Assembly (NCBI GenBank): GCA_963793865.1
Contig: CAWCBP010000006.1
Location: 186,742 to 250,741 of the forward strand
Length of the DNA stretch: 64,000 nt
Source: an uncultured delta proteobacterium
GTDB taxonomy: Bacteria; Desulfobacterota; WTBG01
Reading direction: 5' to 3'
Shown here: piece by piece, positions 10,394 to 20,402 of the stretch
Layout: each line of letters starts with the position of its first letter
Numbering within the stretch: position 1 is the first letter of the stretch
Notes under the pieces: generated by a model
What the model saw: only the letters and a program-made list of their open reading frames with translations
The model's database searches: none
What the model was told of the DNA's origin: nothing
Position numbers and translations under genes: made by a program

Positions 10394-10428
10394 GATGCCC
10401 CGCAACTGAATTGCGGGGCATCTTATTT
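10394..10428. terminator. Hairpin terminator between convergent ligase and fdh
   Basis: GATGCCCCGCAA-ctgaa-TTGCGGGGCATC, a perfect 12-bp stem. Confidence 0.7.
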
Positions 10429-10455
10429 GTGAAATCAATCTCATCCGGCGGGCTT

Positions 10456-12507
10456 TCAGCCCGCTTTTTCGATGCGGATGGCGCACACCTTCAGCTCCGG
10501 GATCTTGGCTACGGGATCCAGGCTGCTCCCGCTGGTGAGCACGTTCGCGGCCGCTTCGGCAAAGTGAAAGGGGATGAACACCGTGCCGGGGGGGATGATA
10601 TGGGTGATGCGTGCCTTGATGGCGATTTCACCCCTGCGGGAAATGACGCGGACAGATTCCCCCTGGCTGATCTCTAACGCGGCAGCATCAGCAGGATTCA
10701 TTTCAGCATAGCCTTCAGAGAGCTGCGTGTTGAGGGTGGGTGACTTTCGGGTCATGGTTCCGGTGTGATAGTGGAAAAGCACCCGGCCGGTGGTGAGCGT
10801 CAGGGGATACTCCCGGTCGGGAAGTTCAGCGGGCGGAGTGTATTCCACCGGGAAGAACTTTCCCCGCCCCCGGGAGAACTGGTCCTTGTGCAGGTAGGGC
10901 GTGCCCGGGTGACCCGGGGTGGGGCAGGGCCAGGGAATGCCCCCCTGCTCCAGACGCCCGTAGCTGATGCCGCCATACGAAGGAGTCACCGAGGCAATCT
11001 CGTTCATTATCTCTTCCGAAGATCCGTAGGTCAGTCCCTCATATCCCATCAGCCGGCCGATTTCTCCGATGATCTGTGCGTCATCGCGACACCCTTCCAG
11101 CGGCTCTATGGCCTTGCGCACCCGCTGTACCGTCCTGTCGGTGGAGGTGAAGGTGCCGTCCTTTTCCGCAAAGCTCGCCGCCGGCAGCACCACATCGGCG
11201 ACCTGTGCGGTTTCGGTGAGAAACAGGTCCTGCACCACCAGAAACTCCAGCGCCCCGAGTGATTCTTTCACGTGGCCCAGGTCGGGATCCGATACCAGGG
11301 GATTCTCTCCCATGATGTACAGGGCTTTTATCTTCTTGTGATGGGCGGCCTCCATCATCTCGGTGAGGGTGAGGCCGGGCTGCTCCGAAAGGCCGGACAC
11401 CTTCCAGGCGGATTCCATTTTGCCGCGCGTCTCGGGGGATGCCACCGGCTGGTAGCCGGAAAAGACGTTGGGAAGCGCGCCCATGTCGCAGGCGCCCTGA
11501 ACGTTGTTTTGCCCCCGCAGGGGATTGACGCCGGTGCTCTCCTTTCCCACGTTTCCGGTGACCATGGCCAGATTGGCGGTGGCCATGACCCCATTGGTGC
11601 CGCTGACGTGCTGGGTGACGCCCATGCAATAGATGATGGATGCCCGCCCGGCCCCCGCGTACAGAAGGGCGGCCTTTCTTATATCCCCCGCGGGAACGCC
11701 GGTGATGGCCTCCACCTTTTCCAGGGGGTATCGCGACACTGTTTCCTTCAGGGCATCAAAGCCTTCGGTGCGCTGCAGGATGAATTCTTCATCGTGCAGG
11801 TTTTCGGCCAGGATGACCCCGATCATCCCGTTGAGCAGGGCGATGTTGGTTCCCGGCTTGAGCTGAAGGTGTATGCTGGCGAACCCGGTGATGTCGATGG
11901 CGCGGGGGTCGGCAACAATGAGCTGCGCCCCTTTTTCCCGCACCGCCCGGAGGATGCGCCTGCCCACCAGGGGGTGCTGTTCGGTGGTGTTGGAGCCGAT
12001 GATGAAGATCACCCCGGCGTTTTCAATCTCGTCCAGGGAGTTGGTCATGGCCCCGGAACCGAACGCGGCGGCCAGACCGGCCACCGTTGAGCTGTGTCAG
12101 AGACGGGCGCAATGGTCGACGTTGTTTGTTTTAATCACCGCCCGGGCGAACTTCTGGAGCAGATAATTTTCCTCGTTGGTGCATTTGGCGGAGGAGAAGA
12201 AGCCGATGGCGCTGCTTCCCGAGCTGTTCTTGATTTCCGACAGGCGGCCTGCCACCCGCTCCAGCGCCTTTTCCCAGGTGGTTTCCTTCAAGGCCTCCCC
12301 TTTGCCGTCGCGCATGAGAGGCACGGTGAGCCGCTGGGGATGGTGGATGAATTCATGGGCGCTCCAGCCCTTGATGCACAGCTTGCCCTGGCCCGCCCCC
12401 CGGGCGCTGGGAATCACACCTATTACTTTCCCGTTGCGTACCCTGAAGAAGAAGTTGCAGCCGGTCCCGCAGTAAACACAGGTGGTGAGTATTTTTTTAT
12501 CAGCCAT
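10456..12507 (-). CDS. fdhF: Selenocysteine-containing formate dehydrogenase alpha subunit (FdhF-type, cytoplasmic)
   Basis: ORFs 12097-12522 and 10456-12084 are in one frame separated only by TGA at 12097-12099, reading VDHCARL-U-HSSTVAGL; N-terminal CVYCGTGC..C 4Fe-4S motif, LRGQNNVQGACD, C-terminal PELKVCA. Confidence 0.93.
12066..12086 (-). promoter_or_regulatory. Bacterial SECIS hairpin
   Basis: 11 nt after UGA: GGUGGCC-GGUCU-GGCCGCC stem-loop; same spacing and GGUCU loop as the E. coli fdhF SECIS. Confidence 0.85.
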
Positions 12508-13397
12508 TATGATTCCTTGCACTTTGCTTCAAGCGAAGCGCTCTTAATTTTATGGGTGTCGTAGTGCACCTCTTTGAGGCTCATGCCCATGGCCATTCCC
12601 AGAAGTTGCAGGTAAAAGAGGACCGGTATGGAAAAATCCAGCTTGAGCCTGCGCGCCGCCATAAGCTGTCCCAGGTCAAACTGCTGATAGCAGAAGGGGC
12701 AGACCACCGCGATGCAGTCCGCCTTCTGCTCTTTCATTGCGGTGAGCTTGTCCTCGAGCAGCTTGCTTGAGCCCTGCTGCTTCCCCGAGAGGATGAGCGA
12801 TGAACCGCAGCATTGGGCTTTAAGGTCGTAGTCAACCGCCTCTGCACCCAGGGCGGCAACCATCTCGTCGAGGACGAACGGGTCAGCGGGATTGTCAAAA
12901 TGCATGACTTCGTGGGGGCTGAAAAGATGGCAGCCGGTATGGGTAGCAACCTTTAATCCGGACAAATCTTTTTTAACCAGTTTTTTCAATGCATTCAAGC
13001 CAATATCGTCATAAAATACTTTAAGAAAATGCCGTACCTCGATTCTGCCCTCAAAATGATGGCCGGTATCGGCCAGAAGCTCATTCACCTTTTCCCTCAG
13101 TTCCGGTGTGTGCACCAGGGCATGGCGGGCCTGGGCCAGGGTATTCACGCACCCGTTGCACAGGGTGATGATGTCCAGCCCCTTTTCCTCCGCCAGACAG
13201 AGATTGCGCGCGGCAATGGTCATCCAGGTCAATTGATCGGCGCCGCTGAAGTTTATGGGGTCAGGGCAACAGGAGAATCCGGGAATGTCCACCAGTTCGA
13301 TCCCCAGTTCGGGGAAGATTTTTTGTGCCAGGGCCTCCAGGTGGGGGAGTTTGGCCGGGATGAGGCACCCTTTAAAAAATGCATAGCGCATGGTCAT
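12507..13397 (-). CDS. hdrB: Heterodisulfide reductase subunit B-like (two CCG domains)
   Basis: FKGC, FSCCP, TLCNGC, HTGCH, CCGS, VCPFCYQQFD; TAA overlaps the fdh ATG. Confidence 0.88.
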   Translation of the reverse strand: MTMRYAFFKGCLIPAKLPHLEALAQKIFPELGIELVDIPGFSCCPDPINFSGADQLTWMTIAARNLCLAEEKGLDIITLCNGCVNTLAQARHALVHTPELREKVNELLADTGHHFEGRIEVRHFLKVFYDDIGLNALKKLVKKDLSGLKVATHTGCHLFSPHEVMHFDNPADPFVLDEMVAALGAEAVDYDLKAQCCGSSLILSGKQQGSSKLLEDKLTAMKEQKADCIAVVCPFCYQQFDLGQLMAARRLKLDFSIPVLFYLQLLGMAMGMSLKEVHYDTHKIKSASLEAKCKES

Positions 13398-13398
13398 G

Positions 13399-13884
13399 TT
13401 ATCCGGCCACCTTTCTCATTTTCTCTTCCAGTCCGGTTCTATTAACGATGAGCTTTAGCTCTTCCTGGGCGGTGCTGGCGATCGGGGGAAGCCCCAGTCC
13501 TTCCCGCAGCCTCTGGGTTACCGAGGTGACGGGAAAGGAGAGGCCGGTGGTGATGATGGTTTTAATCAGGGCGACAACCCCTTGCGGGGCGAGCCCCTGT
13601 TCGAAGGAGAGCTCTTTTAAGTTGAGGAAGACATGCGCCGGGTTCACGTCCTGTGGGCATATCTCAGTGCACTTGTGGCAGCTGGCGCATGACCAGAGAT
13701 TGGGATTGGCCAGAACATTGTCGCAGGTGAAAAGGTCATACACGTAGCTTTGGGTGGGGCTGTACTCTTCCAGGTACTGGATGGGGCATACCAGGGCACA
13801 GACGCTGCATTTGAAGCAGCGCTCGACCAGGGGCCGGCGTTCCATCAACCCGTTTCTCGCTTCACATTCAATGCTGATGAGCAT
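13399..13884 (-). CDS. hdrC: Heterodisulfide reductase subunit C-like (2x[4Fe-4S])
   Basis: CFKCSVCALVCP and WSCASCHKCTEICPQDV; directly upstream of hdrB. Confidence 0.85.
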   Translation of the reverse strand: MLISIECEARNGLMERRPLVERCFKCSVCALVCPIQYLEEYSPTQSYVYDLFTCDNVLANPNLWSCASCHKCTEICPQDVNPAHVFLNLKELSFEQGLAPQGVVALIKTIITTGLSFPVTSVTQRLREGLGLPPIASTAQEELKLIVNRTGLEEKMRKVAG

Positions 13885-14060
13885 GTGATCCCTTGTTCCG
13901 GCTTGAGCAGGTCAAGCGTGAGAGAGAGTGTGTGTTTTGATACCGCCGCGTAACGATTCGCGCCAGTTTAGAAAGCTTCGGACCGCATGTCAACTAAAAA
14001 AATAGAATGACGATGTGCAGGTATTAATGTATCGCGCCCGGGTGCCGGGGACAGGATATC

Positions 14061-14089
14061 TTGACAAGTCGGGTTTCATCCGATAAAGT
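14061..14089 (+). promoter_or_regulatory. Putative sigma70 promoter for ruvX-mltG
   Basis: TTGACA-17 nt-TAAAGT. Confidence 0.55.
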
Positions 14090-14167
14090 CAGTCGTCTGA
14101 AGCGGTATGGCGCAATGGTATGGGGTGGTTCCCGGTAACGGATTAAGGCCGCGCGGAGAAGACCAGG

Positions 14168-14595
14168 TTGAGAATTCTCGGACTTGACGTCGGAAGCAAA
14201 ACCATCGGCATGGCAGTGAGTGATGAGCTTGAGCTTATCGCGCACGCCCTGGCAACCCTGCAGCGGAAAGGGATGGAGCGGGACCTGCGGGAGCTTGCGG
14301 CGGTGATCCAGGAGCAGGAGATCGGTACCGTCGTGGTGGGTCTTCCCAAAAACATGAACGGCTCCCTTGGCCCGTCCGCAGAGATGGCCCTCGATCTGGT
14401 CAGGGCGCTGGAGCAAACCACCCATTGCCGGTCCTGACCTGGGATGAACGGCTGTCCACCGTGGCAGCCGAAAAGGCATTGCTGGAAGGGGACATGAGCC
14501 GGAAGAAGCGGAAAAAAGTTATTGACCAGGTCGCCGCGGTGCTTATTCTCCAGGGCTACCTGGACTGCCGGGCAAACACCCGCGGCCGGTCATGA
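14168..14595 (+). CDS. ruvX: Holliday junction resolvase-like / pre-16S rRNA nuclease YqgF (frameshift near 14422)
   Basis: [22 protein letters not shown]; the alternate frame continues WDERLST...[15 protein letters not shown]. Confidence 0.9.
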
Positions 14596-14599
14596 GCCT

Positions 14600-15623
14600 A
14601 TGAAAAAAAAGATTCGCATAGCCATAGCCGTAATGCTTATCGCGGCTGCCGCAACCGCCGCCGCTGCCATCGGCATCCGGCGCTATCTGGACACGCCGGC
14701 AGGGACCGATCGCGCGGAGCGGTATGTGGAGATCCCCGCAGGGGCGCACTTCATGGAGGTGGCGGGCATTCTCGAGCGGGAAGGAATCATCAGGGGCGTC
14801 AGGCGCTTTCGCTGGCTGTCGTGGTTCAAGGGGAATGAGACCAGGATCAAGGCCGGGGAGTATGCCTTGCATGCGGCCATGAAACCTTCGGAGGTTCTCG
14901 ACAAAATGGTCAGGGGCGAGTGCAGGACCATCCCCGTTACCATCCCCGAGGGATTTACCGCGCGGCAGATTGCGGACCTGCTCGCAAAAAGGGAGCTGGC
15001 GGACGGGGAGGCGTTTCTCTCCCTCACCTCGGACGCGCAGTTCGCGCGTTCACTGGGCATCCAGAGCGATTCGCTGGAGGGCTTTCTCTTCCCCGATACC
15101 TACCACTTTACCAGGGGCTTGGGGGAAAAGCGCATTGCCGCGCTGCTGGTCGGGCGATTTCTGGCCGTGTTTACCGCCGGGTACCGGCAAAGACTGGAAG
15201 AGCTGCATATGACCCTGGAAGAGCTGGTGACCCTGGCATCGATCATCGAGAAGGAAACGGCGGATCCCGGCGGAGCGGCCCCTCATATCCGCCGTGCTGC
15301 ACAACCGGCTGAAAGAGGGGATGCCGCTGCAGAGCGACCCCACGGTGATATACGGCCTTGCCGGGTTTAACGGGAACCTGACCAAGGACGATCTGCAGAA
15401 GGCGCATCCCTACAACACCTATCTGATAAAAGGGCTTCCGCCCCATCCCATCGCCAATCCCGGCGAGGCATCGCTGAAGGCGGCCCTGTTCCCTGAAGCG
15501 GTGCCATACCGGTACTTTGTTTCCAAAAACAACGGCACCCACCATTTCTCCGCCACCCGGGAGGAGCATGACCGCGCGGTTGCCGAGTATCAGCGAGGCG
15601 GCAAAGCCGCATCATCCCGCTAA
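14600..15623 (+). CDS. mltG: Endolytic transglycosylase MltG (frameshift near 15268)
   Basis: IKAGEY, TIPEG, LEGFLFPDTY, LASIIEKE; second ORF NRL..GMPLQSDPT, PYNTY..GLPP.PIANPG. Confidence 0.92.
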
Positions 15624-16273
15624 ACCAGCTTTTGCTTCATGGCCCGCAGCGTTTTCCTGCAGTCGGCGCTCTTAAAGACCGCCGATCCTGAAACGATGAC
15701 ATCCGCTCCCGCCCGGGATATAGCTTCGATGTTGTCGAGGGTGATTCCCCCGTCCACCTCCAGTTCGACGGGAAGCTTTTTCCCGTCAATGAGCGCCCGC
15801 GCCTGCCCGATTTTCCCGAGCATGGAGGGGATGAATGTCTGTCCCCCGAAACCGGGGTTGACCGTCATCAGCAGGAGCAGATCCGCGTCACCGAGAACGT
15901 ACTCAACGGCGGAGAGCGGGGTTGCCGGGTTGAGCACGACACCCGGTTTGGCCCCTCCCTCCCTGATGAAGCACAGGGTGCGCTGGAGATGCAGGCATGC
16001 CTCAGCGTGGACGGTTAACAGCGTGCTGCCGGCCCGGATGAAGTCGGTCACGTACCGGTCGGGATCGGTGATCATAAGGTGCACGTCAAGCGGCAGCGCG
16101 GTGATCTTCCTCACCGTTTCGACCATGAGCGGCCCGATGGTGATGTTGGGAACGAAATGGCCGTCCATCACGTCAACGTGGATGTAATCCGCCCCGCCTT
16201 CCTCCGCCGCCTGCAGTTCATCCCGCAGGCGCGAGAAATCAGCCGATAAAATTGATGGTGAAAGCTTTTTCAT
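15620..16273 (-). CDS. rpe: Ribulose-phosphate 3-epimerase
   Basis: PSILSADF, HVDVMDGHFVPN, MTVNPGFGGQ, VDGG. Confidence 0.97.
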   Translation of the reverse strand: MKKLSPSILSADFSRLRDELQAAEEGGADYIHVDVMDGHFVPNITIGPLMVETVRKITALPLDVHLMITDPDRYVTDFIRAGSTLLTVHAEACLHLQRTLCFIREGGAKPGVVLNPATPLSAVEYVLGDADLLLLMTVNPGFGGQTFIPSMLGKIGQARALIDGKKLPVELEVDGGITLDNIEAISRAGADVIVSGSAVFKSADCRKTLRAMKQKLV

Positions 16274-16351
16274 TGCTCCTCCTTGCTGTCATGGCGCCGT
16301 TAACCGCCTGCTGATACCCTGTGTGCCGGATTCCGCGAATCCTGCGGCCGG

Positions 16352-17281
16352 CTATCCCAATCTGGTTCCGGCGGGAAGGGCATGGCCGCTGATGAATTCT
16401 TGCGCCTTCATGCGGCTCCGGTTCTCCGGCTGCACCTCGGTCAGCAGCAGATATCCCCCGCCGGTGACGACCTGTATGCCCTCCGGCCCCGCCCGAACAA
16501 CCGTTCCGGGTTGAGCCTGGACGCTTCCCTCGCTGAGGGCGCTCTTGAGAATTTTTAAGCGCTTCCGGTCGAGATGGGTGAACGCCCCCGGCCAGGGAAC
16601 GGTGCCGCGGATGAGGTTGTGGATCTCCCGCGCGCTTTTGGTCCAGTCGATCAGGCCCTCCTCTTTTTTTAAGGGCGGGGCGCTGGAAGCAAGGGATCCG
16701 TTCTGCGGCTGCGGAACCAGCAGATTTTTTTCAAGCCCTCTGACCGTTTGGAGCAGCAGTGAAGCCCCGGCGACCGCCAGGCGCCTGCTTAAGGAAATGG
16801 CGTCATCCTCCTCGGCGATGGGCTCCTCCTGCTGCAGCAGGATGTCCCCGGTATCCATGCCTTCATTCATGAGCATGGCGGTCAGCCCGGTCATCTCATC
16901 CCCGTTGATGATCGCCCGGCTGATGGGCGCGGCGCCGCGATAGCGGGGGAGCAGTGAGGCATGGAGATTAATGCACCCGCGTGCCGGCATGCCGAGCACC
17001 GCCGCCGGCAGGATCTGACCGAAGGCCACCACCACAATCAGTTCCGGCGCGCGCTCGTTGAGCCAGCGCAGGCATGACTCCTCCCTGACTTTTTCCGGCT
17101 GCAGGACCGGTATGTTGTGCTCAAGCGCCAGGCGCTTTACCGGGGGCGGGGTGAGCTTTTTGCCTCTTCCACTGAACCGGTCGGGCCGGGTTACCACGCC
17201 GCACAGGATGTTATCGCTCTGGATGAGCGCGGTGAGAGAGGGAAGCGCAAAATCAGGGGTCCCCATAAAAACAATCTTCAC
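16352..17281 (-). CDS. fmt: Methionyl-tRNA formyltransferase
   Basis: KIVFMGTPDFA, NLHASLLPRYRGAAPI, MDTGD. Confidence 0.96.
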   Translation of the reverse strand: MKIVFMGTPDFALPSLTALIQSDNILCGVVTRPDRFSGRGKKLTPPPVKRLALEHNIPVLQPEKVREESCLRWLNERAPELIVVVAFGQILPAAVLGMPARGCINLHASLLPRYRGAAPISRAIINGDEMTGLTAMLMNEGMDTGDILLQQEEPIAEEDDAISLSRRLAVAGASLLLQTVRGLEKNLLVPQPQNGSLASSAPPLKKEEGLIDWTKSAREIHNLIRGTVPWPGAFTHLDRKRLKILKSALSEGSVQAQPGTVVRAGPEGIQVVTGGGYLLLTEVQPENRSRMKAQEFISGHALPAGTRLG

Positions 17282-17432
17282 AGGTAAACCTCCCGGCATG
17301 CCGGATCAGGCGCACAAAATGCTCAGGGAAAAGAGGTGATGAAGGGCCCGAAGGATGGCTTGAAAGTGTTTTAATACATAGCAAGGGGTGGGGTAAATGT
17401 CAATAGACAAGAGCGTAACCGCTGCGTCGCGG

Positions 17433-18560
17433 TCACCTGTCCGGGCGGTCAACGCGAAAAACGGTGCGCGGCATGTGCAGCATCGTGCCTTCATGTCCAT
17501 CAGCGAGCGTGCGGTTGATTGCGGCGATTTCTCCGCGTATGGATAAAAATGCGTCAACCATTTCCGGGTCGAAATCCGTCCCCCGACCTTCGGCGATGAT
17601 CCGGAAGGTATCTTCCAGCGAAAACGGCTTGAGCCGGTAGGGGCGGCTTGAAGTCAGCGCGTCGAAGACATCGGCGATGGAGGCGATGCGGCCGACGAGG
17701 GGAATCTCAGTGCCTTTGAGGCCTTCGGGGTACCCTGCGCCGTTCCACTTTTCGTGGTGGGTAAGGGCAATGACCCGGGCCGTCTGAATCAATTCCGAGT
17801 CCGATCCCTCCAGGATTTTTCCCCCGATGGTGGTATGCTGCTTCATGATTTCCCACTCGGCGGGGGAGAGCTTTCCCATTTTGAGCAGAATATAATCGGG
17901 AACGCCGATTTTCCCTATGTCGTGCATGGGCAGCCCGTAGATCATGTTTTCTATGAAGGGCTGATCGAAGCCCATCTTCCGGGCCACGGCCACGGCGTAG
18001 CGGCTCATGCGCTGGATGTGGGCGCCGGTTTCCTCGTCCCGGTATTCCGCGGCGCGCGAGAGGCGGAGTATGGTTTCCAGGGCGGTGGCCTTCATTTTTT
18101 CATGGGCCTGCTCGAGCTGCTGCGTGCGCTTGGCGACCTCCGCCTCCAGGTATTTGTGGTCCTCGATCATGCTGTCATTGTAGGCCTTGATCTTGAGCAA
18201 TGACTGCATGCGCGCCTTCAGCTCTATCAGCGCCACCGGCTTGGTGAAAAAATCGTCCGCCCCCAGCTCGAAGGCCCTGATCCTGCTTCCCATGTCCATC
18301 AGGGCGGTGAGCATGACCACGGGTATGGTTTTCGTCTCCTCCCGGCTTTTGAGCGTCCTGGCAACGGTGAAGCCGTCCATCCGGGGCATCATCACGTCGA
18401 GCAGGACCACATCCGGGGAAACCTCGTCCGCTTTCTCAAGTGCCTCTTCACCGTCCCGGGCGAGGATAACCTCGTATCCCAGTGGACTTAAGAAGTCCTC
18501 CATCAGGCTCCGGTTGTAGTATTCATCATCCACAACCAGGACCACAGGTTTATCGTGCAT
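17433..18560 (-). CDS. Response regulator with HD-GYP domain (c-di-GMP phosphodiesterase, RpfG-like)
   Basis: REC domain (VVDD, LLDVMMP, KP); HDIGKIG, HHEKWNGAGYP, ADVFDAL. Confidence 0.92.
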   Translation of the reverse strand: MHDKPVVLVVDDEYYNRSLMEDFLSPLGYEVILARDGEEALEKADEVSPDVVLLDVMMPRMDGFTVARTLKSREETKTIPVVMLTALMDMGSRIRAFELGADDFFTKPVALIELKARMQSLLKIKAYNDSMIEDHKYLEAEVAKRTQQLEQAHEKMKATALETILRLSRAAEYRDEETGAHIQRMSRYAVAVARKMGFDQPFIENMIYGLPMHDIGKIGVPDYILLKMGKLSPAEWEIMKQHTTIGGKILEGSDSELIQTARVIALTHHEKWNGAGYPEGLKGTEIPLVGRIASIADVFDALTSSRPYRLKPFSLEDTFRIIAEGRGTDFDPEMVDAFLSIRGEIAAINRTLADGHEGTMLHMPRTVFRVDRPDR

Positions 18561-18800
18561 TGTCCTGACCTTTCCTGAACACCGCCTCAGGCGGGAAAAG
18601 ATGAGATGCCGGATTATTGGCGCAGCAGGATACTTCATCGGTCATTTCCCCCAATAACTTTAAGCCCTTCTTTTGTTTGACTTTTCGACCCCGCTTGGCT
18701 AAGGTAGCGGCACATGTCTGAAGGTGCAGCCGGAGGTCGCGCTGTGGCGCGTGCCGGCCGCCGGTGTGTTCGTCGGATGAAGCAAACGTGAGGAACAACC

Positions 18801-19988
18801 ATGGCTATTTCGCGTCAGATCAAGGAATCAATCGAAGGCTCGAGCTGGATTCGCAAAATGTTTGAGGAGGGTGTCCGGCTTCGAAAACAGCACGGCGCAA
18901 AGAACGTTTTTGATTTCAGCCTGGGCAATCCCGACCTGGAACCGCCGGCTGATTTTACGCGGCTCTTACGCACGCTGGTGAGTGAAAACGCGGCAGGGGG
19001 GCACGGCTACATGCCCAATGCCGGCTATCCTGAAACCAGGGAGGCGGTGGCCCGCTACCTGTCGGGCGAGCATCAGGTTGCCATGAGCATGAACGAGGTG
19101 GTGATGACCTGCGGTGCCGGCGGCGCTCTCAACGTCGTGCTCAAAACCCTGCTTGACCCCGGAGATGAGGTCATTGTCATCGTGCCCTATTTCGTGGAGT
19201 ACCTCTTTTACGTGGGCAATCACGGCGGGCGCAGCGTCCTGGTCGGATCGAAAAAGGATTTTTCGCTGGATCTTGCGGCCATCGAGGCTGCGATCTCTTC
19301 GCGCACCAAGTGCCTCATTCTCAACTCGCCCCACAATCCCACGGGAAGGGTCTATGATCAGGAAAGCGTGGGCGGGCTGGGAGAGCTGCTTGCGCGCAAA
19401 AGTGAAGAGACGGGCGGCATCATCTATCTCGTCTCGGACGAGCCCTACGGGAAGATCGTGTATGACGGGAAGAAGGTTCCCGGCGTATTCAAGGCCTACC
19501 GGCAGAGCATCATCTGCTCGTCCTATTCCAAGGAGCTCTCCATCCCCGGAGAGCGCATCGGCTTTGCGGCAGTCCACCCGCAGGCGGAGCCCTTAAAGGA
19601 CCTGACCGAAGGGCTGGTCTTTTGCAACCGCACGCTCGGCTTTGTCAATGCGCCCGCTCTCATGCAGCGGGTGGTAAGGCATCTCCAGGGAATCAGTGTT
19701 GACGTGGAGGCATACCGGCGGCGGCGCGATCTCCTGTGCGACGGCCTCGCCTCTTTCGGCTACCGCTTCGTCAAACCCGAGGGGGCGTTTTATCTTTTCC
19801 CGGAGACCCCTGTGGATGATGTTGAATTTGTCCGTGCGTTGCAGGGGAAGAACATCCTGACCGTTCCCGGCAGGGGGTTTGGCGCGCCGGGGTATTTCCG
19901 CATTGCCTATTGCGTGGGCGAGGATGTGATCGAGCGGTCGCTTGAGGGATTCAGGCAGGTTGCGGAGCGGTATATGGGCGGCAGGTGA
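18801..19988 (+). CDS. PLP-dependent aminotransferase class I (aspartate aminotransferase-like)
   Basis: SWIRKMFEEG, NSPHNPTG, SDEPY, SYSKELSIPGERIG. Confidence 0.9.
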   Translation: MAISRQIKESIEGSSWIRKMFEEGVRLRKQHGAKNVFDFSLGNPDLEPPADFTRLLRTLVSENAAGGHGYMPNAGYPETREAVARYLSGEHQVAMSMNEVVMTCGAGGALNVVLKTLLDPGDEVIVIVPYFVEYLFYVGNHGGRSVLVGSKKDFSLDLAAIEAAISSRTKCLILNSPHNPTGRVYDQESVGGLGELLARKSEETGGIIYLVSDEPYGKIVYDGKKVPGVFKAYRQSIICSSYSKELSIPGERIGFAAVHPQAEPLKDLTEGLVFCNRTLGFVNAPALMQRVVRHLQGISVDVEAYRRRRDLLCDGLASFGYRFVKPEGAFYLFPETPVDDVEFVRALQGKNILTVPGRGFGAPGYFRIAYCVGEDVIERSLEGFRQVAERYMGGR

Positions 19989-20003
19989 GGAGATACGGAG
20001 GGA

Positions 20004-20360
20004 ACAGGGGTCAGGGTACAGGGTACAGGGAGAAGCAGTTGACAGTTCCCAGTTGACAGTTTACAGAGGACAGCAAAAGAACGTTGGCGAGTGTGCTGGC
20101 AACTGTAAACCGAAAACTGCAAACTGTTTCAGGGTGCAGGGTGAGGGAGAAGCAGTTGACAGGCGCACAGCTGCTGCATTGTCATTTCGAAGACGCAATG
20201 CGACTGAGAAATTGACCTGTAGGGGCAGGCCCCTGTGCCTGCCCGGACATAGTGGGGCAACCACAGGGGGTTGCCCCTGCTGCTTCGTGCTCTCCGTGCT
20301 TTTCCTTCGTGCGCTTCGTGGTTACAAAAAGGGTAGGGGCGACCGGCCGGTCGCCCCTAA
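20004..20360. repeat. Mosaic repeat element A (heptamer arrays, REP doublet and single REP)
   Basis: CAGGGT and CAGTTGA/AACTG arrays, GTCATTTCGAAG..TGCGACTGAGAAATT, REP doublet 20219-20280, TTCGTG array, palindrome GTAGGGGCGACCGGCCGGTCGCCCCTA at 20333-20359; the same modules occur at 42.5-51 kb. Confidence 0.85.
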
Positions 20361-20402
20361 ATGCAGACCTTCTTTTCGTATATGATAGATGGTTGCGGCC
20401 GA

